DNA of 64,000 nucleotides, taken from an uncultured Vicinamibacterales bacterium (GTDB taxonomy: Bacteria > Acidobacteriota > Vicinamibacteria > Vicinamibacterales > UBA8438). The notes under the pieces are model-generated. The model made no database searches and was not told where the DNA came from. It worked only from the letters and a program-made list of their open reading frames with translations. Below are positions 30,742 through 39,368 of this stretch, piece by piece (the stretch's first letter is position 1; each line of letters starts with the position of its first letter). The stretch covers positions 4,034,887-4,098,886 of the forward strand of contig OY282382.1 of the NCBI GenBank assembly GCA_958295905.1, in the 5' to 3' direction. The position numbers and the translations under genes were made by a program.

Positions 30742-31674
30742 GTGGGCCTGATCGAAGCGGTTCCCAACGTCAGCGAAGGGCGGCGCGGCGAGGTGATCGA
30801 CACCCTCGCCGCCGCCGTCGCCGGCGTGCGCGGCGCAACCCTGCTCGACACCTCGTCGGATGCCGCCCACAACCGGACCGTCTTCACCCTCGTAGGCCGG
30901 GCGGCACCGTTGAAAACCGCCCTCCTCGCGCTGTTCGCCGCCGCCCTCGCCCGAATCGATCTCCGCACCCATACCGGGGTTCATCCCCGCATCGGCGCCG
31001 TGGACGTCGTCCCGTTGGTCCCCCTGGACCCCGGCGGCATGCCCGCGTGCGTCTCGCTGGCGACCGATCTCGGCGAGACGATCGCCCGGCGATTCGACCT
31101 GCCGGTCTACCTGTACGAGCAGGCCGCCCGCACGCCGGACCGACAGCGCCTCGAGCGAATTCGCCGGGGCGGCTTCGAGAACCTGACCGGGAAGATGCGC
31201 CGGCCGGAATGGCGGCCGGACTTCGGTCCGGCGGCGCCCCATCCGTCGGGCGGAGCCACCGCCGTCGGCGCCCGGCGCCTGCTGATCGCCTTCAACGTCA
31301 ATCTCGACACCGGCGACCTCGACGTCGCCCGCGGCATCGCCCGGACGATACGCGCGTCCGACGGGGGTCTCGAGGCGGTCAAGGCGATCGGGGTGAGAAC
31401 GGCGCACCCGGACGTCGTGCAGGTCTCGATGAATCTCGTGGACTTCGAGCGGACCCCGCTGCACCGCGTGTTCGAAGCCGTGCGGCGCGAAGCGGCCGGG
31501 CACGGGGTCGACGTTCGCAACAGCGAGATCGTCGGGCTCGTTCCCGCCGCGGCCCTCCCGCCGGCCGCGGCCGAGGCCCTCCGCATCGACGACTTCACGA
31601 TGCGCCGCGTGCTGGATAGCCGTATCCCGGCCGAGGACGCATCCCGGTCCCCCGGGATCGCACCGGCGACGTAG
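30742..31674 (+). CDS. ftcD: Glutamate formimidoyltransferase (stand-alone FT domain)
   Basis: IEAVPNVSEGR, HNRTVFT, HPRIGAVDVVP, LIAFNVNL, QVSMNL, SEIVGLVP. Confidence 0.92.
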   Translation: MGLIEAVPNVSEGRRGEVIDTLAAAVAGVRGATLLDTSSDAAHNRTVFTLVGRAAPLKTALLALFAAALARIDLRTHTGVHPRIGAVDVVPLVPLDPGGMPACVSLATDLGETIARRFDLPVYLYEQAARTPDRQRLERIRRGGFENLTGKMRRPEWRPDFGPAAPHPSGGATAVGARRLLIAFNVNLDTGDLDVARGIARTIRASDGGLEAVKAIGVRTAHPDVVQVSMNLVDFERTPLHRVFEAVRREAAGHGVDVRNSEIVGLVPAAALPPAAAEALRIDDFTMRRVLDSRIPAEDASRSPGIAPAT

Positions 31675-31883
31675 CCCGGCCATCGTCGCCTACGGCTCCG
31701 ATGGCCGCCCAACCAACCCAACAGGCGTCCGCGCCGCGATACGGCCCGGACGCCTGCCCCGGAAATCGTCGCCGGCGGCGCCGATGGCCGCCCAACCAAC
31801 CCGACAGGAGCCCGCGCCGCGATACGGCCCGGACGCCTGCCCCGGAAATCGCCGGCGGCGCCGATGGCCGCCCAACCAACCCG
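31675..31883. repeat. Tandem 83-bp repeat, about 2.5 copies (family C)
   Basis: Units start at 31675, 31758 and 31841, between convergent ftcD and nrdR. Confidence 0.9.
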
Positions 31884-31890
31884 CCGCGCC

Positions 31891-32349
31891 TCAGTCCTTC
31901 GCGTCGAGAAGATCCTGCAGCTCGGCCATGAACTCGCCGACGTCCCGGAAGTGCCGATACACCGAGGCGAATCGGACGTAGGCGACCTTGTCGAGCCGCC
32001 TCAGCTCTTGCATCACGAACGTCCCGATCTCCGCCGTCGGGATCTCCTTGTCCGGGCGCTCCTGGAGAATCGCTTCGACCCGATCGGCCAGCGCCTCGAC
32101 CGCCGCCACCGTTACCGGTCGCTTCTCGCACGCCTTCAACATGCCGGACGTCACCTTCTGGCGCTCGAAGCGCTCCCGGCTGCCGTCCTTCTTTACGACC
32201 ATGTACGGTATCTCGTCGATCCGCTCGTAGCTCGTGAAGCGCCGGCCGCACGCCTGGCACTCGCGCCGGCGGCGAATGACCTCGCCCTCCCGGCTCTCGC
32301 GCGAGTCGACGACCTTGTCACCGAGATGGCCGCAGAACGGGCACTTCAT
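31891..32349 (-). CDS. nrdR: Transcriptional repressor NrdR
   Basis: MKCPFC..KVVDSR..IRRRREC..C..RFTSYE; ATP-cone; [10 protein letters not shown]. Confidence 0.97.
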   Translation of the reverse strand: MKCPFCGHLGDKVVDSRESREGEVIRRRRECQACGRRFTSYERIDEIPYMVVKKDGSRERFERQKVTSGMLKACEKRPVTVAAVEALADRVEAILQERPDKEIPTAEIGTFVMQELRRLDKVAYVRFASVYRHFRDVGEFMAELQDLLDAKD

Positions 32350-32507
32350 GTCGGCCTCCCAGCTTCCCGGGGTCTCATCGCCACCCCCTCATGCGGGGCG
32401 GCGTCCTCCCAGCGATGCCGCGCCGTCCGGAACGGGCGCCTCCGACGTGACCGCAACGTCTCCGCGGGGTGTCATGGCCGCAGAACGGGCACTTCATGTC
32501 GGCCTCC
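32326..32507. repeat. Local duplication: copy of the upstream gene's 3' end flanked by a duplicated nrdR start
   Basis: 32356-32473 closely copies 32615-32722; ATGGCCGCAGAACGGGCACTTCATGTCGGCCTCC occurs at 32326 and 32474. Confidence 0.85.
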
Positions 32508-32546
32508 TGGGGGTCTGCGCCGTGGAACGATTTTGAGCACGATTAG

Positions 32547-32594
32547 ACCCTGTATATAGTAGTCTTAGACTTTCAACTCCACTATATGTGGGGG
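32547..32594. promoter_or_regulatory. Tandem NrdR boxes upstream of nrdR
   Basis: CTACTATATACAGGGT (minus strand, 32547-32562) and CCACTATATGTGGGGG (32579-32594) resemble the acaCwAtATaTwGtgt consensus, 32 bp apart, in an AT-rich patch. Confidence 0.65.
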
Positions 32595-32637
32595 CTGATT
32601 TCCTGCGGCGCAGACTCCCAGCTTCCCGGGGTCTCCC

Positions 32638-33726
32638 TCATGCGGGGCGGCGTCCTCCCAGCGATGCCGCGCCGTCCGGAACGGGCGCCTCCGACGTGAC
32701 CGCAACGTCTCCGCGGGGTGTCGTCGAAGGCGTCAGATTCACCATCCCCCGGAACGAGATGCCGTCGCGCGCCATCCACGCCAACCCGGCGACCGTTACC
32801 GGCGCGAATGTCGCGGCGTGCAATACCAGGGCCGCGCCGACTGCCGCGTCCACCGGCACGTCGTAGAACGCGGTCAGTCCGACCTGGACCGCCGCGTGGA
32901 ATCCGCCGACGCCGGCCGGCGTCGGAACCGCGACGCCGAGCGCCATCAACGCCATCAGGAACAGACCGCTGCTCGCCGGCAACGCGATCCCGAACGCCAG
33001 ACAGCCCCACCAGGCGGTGGCGCCCACGAGCGACCACATCAGCAGCGACCACAGGACCGCCTGCAGCAACCGCCCCGGGTCGCGGGCCGCCCCGAGCCCT
33101 GCGCTGAAACGCGTGATGAAGCGGCTCGCGGCCGCGCCGGGGCCGTGCGGCGCCAGACGCTTCACCCGGGCCGCAAGCGAGACCACCCACTCGGGACGCC
33201 GCGCCGCGGCGCAGACCAGGGCCAGGACGCCGCCGCCGACGACGGCGACCACCAGTCCTCCGGCCTTGAGGGCGCCGAGAACCTGCTCGTCGGTACTGGG
33301 CAGGTGGCTGCTGAACGCCAGCAGGAACAGGCCGAACAGCAGGATCACCGCGAGCATGTCCAGCAGGCGCTCGACCACGATCGTCGCCAGCGCGGCGCTC
33401 ATGCTGAGCTGCTCGCGGCGCGCGAGAAGATAGGGGCGCACGACCTCGCCGAGACGCGGCACGATGGTCGAGGCGGCGAACCCGATGACCGTGGCGCGGG
33501 TCGCCGACCCGAATCCGACCGATCCGAGCGGCTCCAGCAACAGTTGCCACCGTTTCACGCGGACCCCGTAGGCCAAGGCGATACCGGCCACCACCGCACC
33601 GATCAGGTCGGCCCTGGCCCCGCCGATCTCCGTCCACACCGACGCCAGATCGGCGCTCCGAAACACCCACGCCATGAGGGCCGCGGCCAGCCCGACCACG
33701 CCGACGGTCCGAAGATGATTACGCAT
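32638..33726 (-). CDS. Lysylphosphatidylglycerol synthase TM-domain (flippase-like) membrane protein
   Basis: RW..LL, PRLGEVVR, IVVERLLD, PTPAGVGGFH; multiple TM segments. Confidence 0.85.
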   Translation of the reverse strand: MRNHLRTVGVVGLAAALMAWVFRSADLASVWTEIGGARADLIGAVVAGIALAYGVRVKRWQLLLEPLGSVGFGSATRATVIGFAASTIVPRLGEVVRPYLLARREQLSMSAALATIVVERLLDMLAVILLFGLFLLAFSSHLPSTDEQVLGALKAGGLVVAVVGGGVLALVCAAARRPEWVVSLAARVKRLAPHGPGAAASRFITRFSAGLGAARDPGRLLQAVLWSLLMWSLVGATAWWGCLAFGIALPASSGLFLMALMALGVAVPTPAGVGGFHAAVQVGLTAFYDVPVDAAVGAALVLHAATFAPVTVAGLAWMARDGISFRGMVNLTPSTTPRGDVAVTSEAPVPDGAASLGGRRPA

Positions 33727-33968
33727 GCGTTCCGAGGTCTCTCTCAGTGAAGGTGTGCGCGGAATCGGGAATCCGGGCGGTGCGGCGCTTCGCCGCGACG
33801 CCGACCGGCGTCATCGGATTGCAGGAAGCACCGCGCACAGGCCGCAACGCGAGAATCGCACAGGAGGCATGAAGCCGGCAGCCACGGTCCCTTGCCGCAT
33901 GCGCGTCTCTTCGGTAAGCTTGATTCTACATGCTCTCGGGTGCCGGCCTATCGTCGGCGCTCTTCCCC

Positions 33969-34128
33969 GGGTGCACGTCAGATTTGTGAAGTGCCTGCCC
34001 TGGCGCCGTCAGGTTGGCGATTTCCGTGCCGTTCTCGACATCGAGGCCCTCCCGAACGGCTTTCTTGGGGCCTTGGCCCCTCCGGGGCCGGTTCCAGCGG
34101 CGGCGCCTCACTTTCTTGACGTGCACCC
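33969..34128. mobile_element. MITE family A, intact copy (160 bp)
   Basis: Perfect 12-bp terminal inverted repeats GGGTGCACGTCA / TGACGTGCACCC and 9-bp direct repeat CTCTTCCCC on both flanks (33960-33968, 34129-34137). Confidence 0.88.
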
Positions 34129-34155
34129 CTCTTCCCCGCACTGAATGAGGCCATC

Positions 34156-35094
34156 GTGACGTCCGCACCCGCACTCTTCGAGACCTCGCTGGAGGGACTG
34201 GAACCGCAGCGCCGCGGCAAGGTCCGCGATCTCTACGCCGTCGGCGATCATCTGCTGATGGTCGCGACCGACCGCATCTCCGCCTACGATCTCGTCCTCG
34301 GGTCGACGATTCCCGACAAGGGCAGGGTGCTGACCCAGCTCTCGGCGTTCTGGTTCGCGCGCACCGGATCCGTCGTGACGAACCACCTCGTGTCGACGAA
34401 TCCCGACGACTACCCCGCCGCCTGCCGCCCCCATGCGGAGACGCTGCGGGGGCGGTCGATGCTCGTGCGGCGCACCGAACCGATCCCCGTCGAGTGCGTC
34501 GCCCGCGGATACCTGGCCGGCTCCGGCTGGGTCGACTACCGGCGCACCGGCGCCGTGTGCGGGGTCGAGCTTCCCGCCGGCCTGCAGCAGTCGGACCGCC
34601 TGCCGGAGCCCATCTTCACGCCCGCGACGAAGGCCGCCACCGGTCACGACGAGAACATCACGGCCGAGCAGGCAGCCGAGCTCATCGGCCCCCGGCTGCT
34701 GGCCCGGCTGCGCGAGCTGACCCTCGCCCTCTATGCGCACGGCGCGGCGCACGCCGAGTCGTGCGGCATCATCGTCGCCGACACCAAGTTCGAGTTCGGA
34801 CTGCTACGGGCGGACGGCCGGGACGGGTTGGGCACGGATATCGGGGACGGCGACGAGATCATCCTGATCGACGAGGCCCTCACCCCCGACTCCTCTCGTT
34901 TCTGGCCTCGAGAGACCTATCGGCGGGGGGTCGCGCAACCCAGCTTCGACAAGCAGTTCGTCCGGGATCATCTTGACTCGGTGCAGTGGAACCGCCGGCC
35001 CCCGGCGCCGTCGCTGCCTGACGACGTGGTGGCCAGGACCCGTGAGAAGTACCGCGAGGCCTACCGCCTGCTGACCGGCGTCGAGCTCGACTGA
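34156..35094 (+). CDS. purC: SAICAR synthase
   Basis: GKVRDLY, TDRISAYD, ECVARGYL.GSGW, ADTKFEFG, TPDSSRFW, DKQFVRD. Confidence 0.97.
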   Translation: MTSAPALFETSLEGLEPQRRGKVRDLYAVGDHLLMVATDRISAYDLVLGSTIPDKGRVLTQLSAFWFARTGSVVTNHLVSTNPDDYPAACRPHAETLRGRSMLVRRTEPIPVECVARGYLAGSGWVDYRRTGAVCGVELPAGLQQSDRLPEPIFTPATKAATGHDENITAEQAAELIGPRLLARLRELTLALYAHGAAHAESCGIIVADTKFEFGLLRADGRDGLGTDIGDGDEIILIDEALTPDSSRFWPRETYRRGVAQPSFDKQFVRDHLDSVQWNRRPPAPSLPDDVVARTREKYREAYRLLTGVELD

Positions 35095-35147
35095 AGTTCG
35101 GGTGGGGCTCTCCGCATCCGCTTCAGGATGTCGGAAACAGCCGGAAT

Positions 35148-35498
35148 CTACCGCTCTCGTTCCGCGAAGGTGGCGACCGCTTCGGCCACGAGCCGAATGT
35201 CGTGGCGTAGATCCTCGCCCACCATGTCGAAGTGGGTCCGCAGGCGCTGCTCCGCGTCGGTGATCTCGGCCCGCAGACGCTGCTCCGCGTCGGTGATCTC
35301 GGCCCGCAGACGCTGCTCCGTGTCGGTGATCTCGGTCCGCAGACGCTGCTCCGTGTCGGTGATCTCGGTCCGCAGACGCTGCTCCGTCGCCCGCAAGCCC
35401 TCCTTGGTCGCGAGAGTCGGCAGGATCCCTTCGATCCGGTCGACTCGACGTTCGAGGTGCTCCGTGCGCTGCTCCAGCCTCAGCGGTTCCGTTTGCAT
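35148..35498 (-). CDS. Small coiled-coil protein with 11-aa tandem repeats
   Basis: (T/A)EQRLR(T/A)EITD repeated about 4 times (33-bp tandem, about 35240-35390); AGGAG upstream. Confidence 0.7.
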   Translation of the reverse strand: MQTEPLRLEQRTEHLERRVDRIEGILPTLATKEGLRATEQRLRTEITDTEQRLRTEITDTEQRLRAEITDAEQRLRAEITDAEQRLRTHFDMVGEDLRHDIRLVAEAVATFAERER

Positions 35499-35578
35499 CG
35501 CTGCTCTCTACTCCTTGCTGACGGCGGCGGCCGCTTGACGAGCCACACCGCAACCCACCGCCGCGCCGTTCCGCGGTG

Positions 35579-36307
35579 TCAAGCCGTTCGCACCGAGACC
35601 CGAGTGTCTCCGGCTTCCGTCGGCCGCGTGACGACGTCCTCGCGCTCGACCGCGCCGTCCTTCAGGTGGATCACGCGGTGCGCGTGCCGCGCGACATCGG
35701 CCTCGTGGGTGATCAGAACGATGGTGTTCCCGGAGCGGTGCAGTCCCTCGAAGATCGCCATGATCTCGCGCCCGGTCTTCGAGTCCAGGTTGCCGGTGGG
35801 CTCGTCCGCGAGCAGCAACGACGGCTGGTTGACGAGGGCCCGGGCGATCGCCACCCGCTGGCGCTGCCCCCCCGACAACTCGTTCGGCCGGTGGCTCATC
35901 CGCTCTTCCAGCTCCACCAGCTCGAGCGCCGCCACCGCCCGCTCGTTCCGCCGGGCCGAGGGCACGCCCGCATAGATGAGGGGCAGCTCGACGTTGTGCA
36001 GCGCCGACGCCCGCGGCAGCAGATTGAACGTCTGGAACACGAACCCGATCTCTTCGTTCCGGATGCGCGCCAGCTCGTCGTCGTTCATCCGGCTCACGTC
36101 CTTGCCGTTCAGCCGGTACAGCCCCTTGCTGGGCGTGTCGAGGCAGCCGATGAGGTTCATCAGGGTCGATTTGCCCGATCCCGACGGCCCCATGATCGCG
36201 ACGAACTCGCCGCGCTCGATATCCACCGACACCCCGCTGAGCGCGTGGACCGACTCGGTCCCCATCCGGTAGGTCTTCCAAAGATCGTCGGTGTGGATCA
36301 GCGGCAT
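35579..36307 (-). CDS. ABC transporter ATP-binding protein (LolD/MacB-like)
   Basis: [28 protein letters not shown]. Confidence 0.93.
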   Translation of the reverse strand: MPLIHTDDLWKTYRMGTESVHALSGVSVDIERGEFVAIMGPSGSGKSTLMNLIGCLDTPSKGLYRLNGKDVSRMNDDELARIRNEEIGFVFQTFNLLPRASALHNVELPLIYAGVPSARRNERAVAALELVELEERMSHRPNELSGGQRQRVAIARALVNQPSLLLADEPTGNLDSKTGREIMAIFEGLHRSGNTIVLITHEADVARHAHRVIHLKDGAVEREDVVTRPTEAGDTRVSVRTA

Positions 36308-36480
36308 CGGTCCCGTGTCCCTCCGTCATGATACCCGGGCCGGCCTCCCGGCCGGCTACTCTCCCATTGACGCACGCAGGCGATGCAGAGTTCCGCACGC
36401 AACCTCGACCGTCCCGCCCTGCGCCTCAGTGCCCCCCCGCCGCGTCTCTCTTAACCCAGGTCGAGGAACACCACCGCGGG

Positions 36481-36651
36481 GGGTGCGCGTCAAGAAGTGA
36501 GGCACCCGCCGCTGGAACCGGCCTCGGAGGGATCCCGGCGCGCCAAGCCCCAAGAGACGCCCGTTCGGGAAGGCCTCGATGCCGAGAGCGGCACGGAAAT
36601 CGCCAACCTGATCGCCGCTTTCACCCGGAGCCCGTTTTCACTCGACAAGCC
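36481..36651. mobile_element. MITE family A, diverged copy (inverted relative to 33969-34128)
   Basis: GGGTGCGCGTCAAGAAGTGAGG..CGCCGCTGGAACCGGCC..GCCTCGATG..CGGCACGGAAATCGCCAACCTGA. Confidence 0.75.
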
Positions 36652-36906
36652 CAAGTGAAATATCTTGGGCCCATGTTGGCGGCGGACGGCTTGGTCCGCA
36701 CATCACGGCCCGCAAGAGAGCTCCGACGACCACAACGTCAAATCGAGCGGGATCTGAACAGACTTGAGGTCCGCCTCACCTTCATATGGCAGGCTATCGC
36801 ACGACCAAGCTCTTCTTCGGCCGGTTCACGATCCGGCCGAGCAGTTCCGCGCCGGGTGGCGTGGACCGCGGAGGGGAGCCGCAATGAGCGGGAGCCGCGC
36901 CGTCAG

Positions 36907-38373
36907 TCAGCGGAACTGCTCCGGCAGCGGAAGCTGGCGACTCTCCTTCTCGCGCGCCTGGTCGAAGGCCGGCAGCGGCTCGGGGCTGCGCACCTGTTCC
37001 AGCCAGAACACCCCGTCGTAGGGGATGGCGTTGCCGCGGGTGCCGATGAGATCGATGTCGCCGTCGCCGTCCATGTCGCGGACGAGGAACTTGTCGAACA
37101 TGCCGCGGATGCGGCGCGACACGTCGTGGCGGGTCCAGGTCCCGGCCGGGTCCTCGGGCTGCTCGAACCACGCCAGGCGGCCCGCCCGGTGCGAGGGGGA
37201 CAGGTCGGCGGCGTCGGCATCGCGCGGGTCCTGGCTGTAGGCGCCGGAGAACGCGTCGAGGCGGCCGTCGCCGTTGATGTCCGTCAGGACGAAACCGACC
37301 AGACGGTCGGGCGCAAGACCGCCGATGGGATACAGGCGCCATGCGCCGCCGGGGTCGGCCGGCTGCTCGAGCCAGGAGAGGCCGTTGCGCTCGTCGCGTA
37401 TCGCGATGTCGATGCGCCCGTCGCCGCTAAGGTCCGCGAACTCCATGTTGAACCCGGTGACGACCGCCTCGGGCGTGATCTCGATGCGGTGCCCGCGGAA
37501 CGCGATCTCCCCGCTGCTCACGTTCTCGAACCAGAAGATGCGCCGCTCCATGCGCGAGCCGCCGATGACGTCGAGGTCGCCGTCGCCGTCGAGGTCGAAC
37601 GGTTGCGAGTTGATGGGCACGATGACGCGGGCCAGCTCGTGCTCGACCCAGGCGTCGCCGTCGAGCGGCTCGTCGGGAATCGCGAACCACGACACCGGGT
37701 GCTTCTCGGTGGTGCCGCGCCCCGGGTTCTGCCCACCCTTGTTCGCCGCGACCACCTCGAGGCGGCCGTCGTCGTTGAAGTCGGCCAGGAATACGCGGAT
37801 GTACGACCCTCGGTCGAGGGTCGAGGCGGGGATGACCCGCTCCCACCGCTCGGCCCGCCCCGCCGCGCCGGGGTTCTCGAAGTAGATCAGATGCGCGAGC
37901 TCGCACGCGACGACGACGTCGGGATAGCCGTCGCCGTTCATGTCGCCGATGGCCACGTCCTCGGCCGCGCCCACCTCTTCGCCCTCGCCCAGCGTGTGGA
38001 GGTCCCAGGTGTCGGGGTCGGCCGAGCCGTACGCGATGCGCACGTGCCCGTCGGGCACGCCGTCGTAGGTGGTGTCGGACTCGTGCACGGAGACGACGTC
38101 CAAGTGGCCGTCGAGATCGAGGTCGGCCATGGCGAGCCCGTCGCTGCCCGCGAGGGCGACGCCGCCCACCGCGAGGTCGTCGATGATGTGCTCACGCCAG
38201 GAGATGTACGAGCCGTCGGCGGCCTGCGCGCGCGTCGGCGTGGACGCGATGGTCGGCCCGCCGTCGCCCGACTGGGCGAAAGCCCGCTCCCCCGGCGCCA
38301 TGGCGATCAGGGCGAGCGCGCCCGCGATGCCGGCAACGCGCCGCATCCACCGTGCGTTGAATCGTGCATGCAT
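36907..38373 (-). CDS. Exported FG-GAP/VCBS repeat beta-propeller protein
   Basis: Signal peptide; repeated D(L/M/F)(D/N)GDG.xD motifs and WFE(N/Q)P. Confidence 0.85.
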   Translation of the reverse strand: MHARFNARWMRRVAGIAGALALIAMAPGERAFAQSGDGGPTIASTPTRAQAADGSYISWREHIIDDLAVGGVALAGSDGLAMADLDLDGHLDVVSVHESDTTYDGVPDGHVRIAYGSADPDTWDLHTLGEGEEVGAAEDVAIGDMNGDGYPDVVVACELAHLIYFENPGAAGRAERWERVIPASTLDRGSYIRVFLADFNDDGRLEVVAANKGGQNPGRGTTEKHPVSWFAIPDEPLDGDAWVEHELARVIVPINSQPFDLDGDGDLDVIGGSRMERRIFWFENVSSGEIAFRGHRIEITPEAVVTGFNMEFADLSGDGRIDIAIRDERNGLSWLEQPADPGGAWRLYPIGGLAPDRLVGFVLTDINGDGRLDAFSGAYSQDPRDADAADLSPSHRAGRLAWFEQPEDPAGTWTRHDVSRRIRGMFDKFLVRDMDGDGDIDLIGTRGNAIPYDGVFWLEQVRSPEPLPAFDQAREKESRQLPLPEQFR

Positions 38374-38390
38374 GACTGTGCTCCTCGACC

Positions 38391-39257
38391 CTACGGCGCG
38401 CCTGCCGCCGGCTTGACGGTCACGGTGACGTTGACGGGGCTCACGTACACCGTGTCGTCGGCCACCGCCTGCAGGACGTAGACGCCGGGCCGGCTGAAGG
38501 CGACGCGGGTGACGGCCCGCCCCTCCTCGCCGATCTCGGGCACCCGCGGGTCGAACGACACCGCCCCCGGGCCGCGCCAGTGCAGCCACGTGACGGCGAG
38601 ACCGGTGGCCGCCGCCTTGCGCGGATCGACCATCGCCTGCGATTTCGGGCCGCGCCGCACCCGCCGCTCGGCGAGCCGGGGATTGGGCGGCGGAATACCG
38701 TCGTCGCCGGCGAGGACGGCAATCTCGAGCGTGTCCGGCAGGGTGACCTCGAGGTGGTCGCCGCCCTCCAGACGGACGAACGGGCGCTGGTTGTCGGCGT
38801 AGCCCTGCGCGGTGCCCGACCCCCGGTTCAGTCGCAGGACGCCGTCGTCGATCTCCCACACCGGCCACAGGTGGCCGATGGCCCGGTCGGTCCGGCCGTT
38901 GTGGGTGACGGTCCACACGAGATCCTGCTCCCGCCCCCAGTCGGCGGGCACGCGCACCGTGAACACGAACTGCTGGCGCCGGTTGTAGAAGTGCGTCGGC
39001 TGTCCCCGATCCGCGGGGCCCGGCTCGAAGCGGTTGTTCGGACCGACGGGAATAATCGGCTGCTCCTCGTAGTTGCGGTTCAGATAGCCGAAGACCATGG
39101 TGAACGACCCGTCGGCGTTCCGCTCCCACCCCTCGAACACCGGCTGCACGTTCTGGCCCCGGCTCCAGCGCTCCTGGGCCGAGGCGGCGGACCCGACGGC
39201 CCCCGCCAGCAACGCCGCCGCGACAATCGCCCGAACGTTCCGACTGTGACAACTCAT
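38391..39257 (-). CDS. Exported hypothetical protein with C-terminal Ig/PKD-like segment
   Basis: Signal peptide ASA-Q; GQNVQPVFEGW..FGYLNRN; FSRPGVYVL. Confidence 0.7.
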   Translation of the reverse strand: MSCHSRNVRAIVAAALLAGAVGSAASAQERWSRGQNVQPVFEGWERNADGSFTMVFGYLNRNYEEQPIIPVGPNNRFEPGPADRGQPTHFYNRRQQFVFTVRVPADWGREQDLVWTVTHNGRTDRAIGHLWPVWEIDDGVLRLNRGSGTAQGYADNQRPFVRLEGGDHLEVTLPDTLEIAVLAGDDGIPPPNPRLAERRVRRGPKSQAMVDPRKAAATGLAVTWLHWRGPGAVSFDPRVPEIGEEGRAVTRVAFSRPGVYVLQAVADDTVYVSPVNVTVTVKPAAGAP

Positions 39258-39368
39258 GACTGCTCTTCCCGTGACCTCTTTCGTCCCCGCCACGATCGAA
39301 GCCTCCGCGATCAGGAGATCGCGAAGGCCCCGGTCGAACCGTCGTCCGCTGCCCTTCCGAGGCGCAGC

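Noticed and set aside
29231-31883. 83-bp and 18-bp repeats as CRISPR arrays
   Set aside because: No unique spacers between repeats and no cas genes
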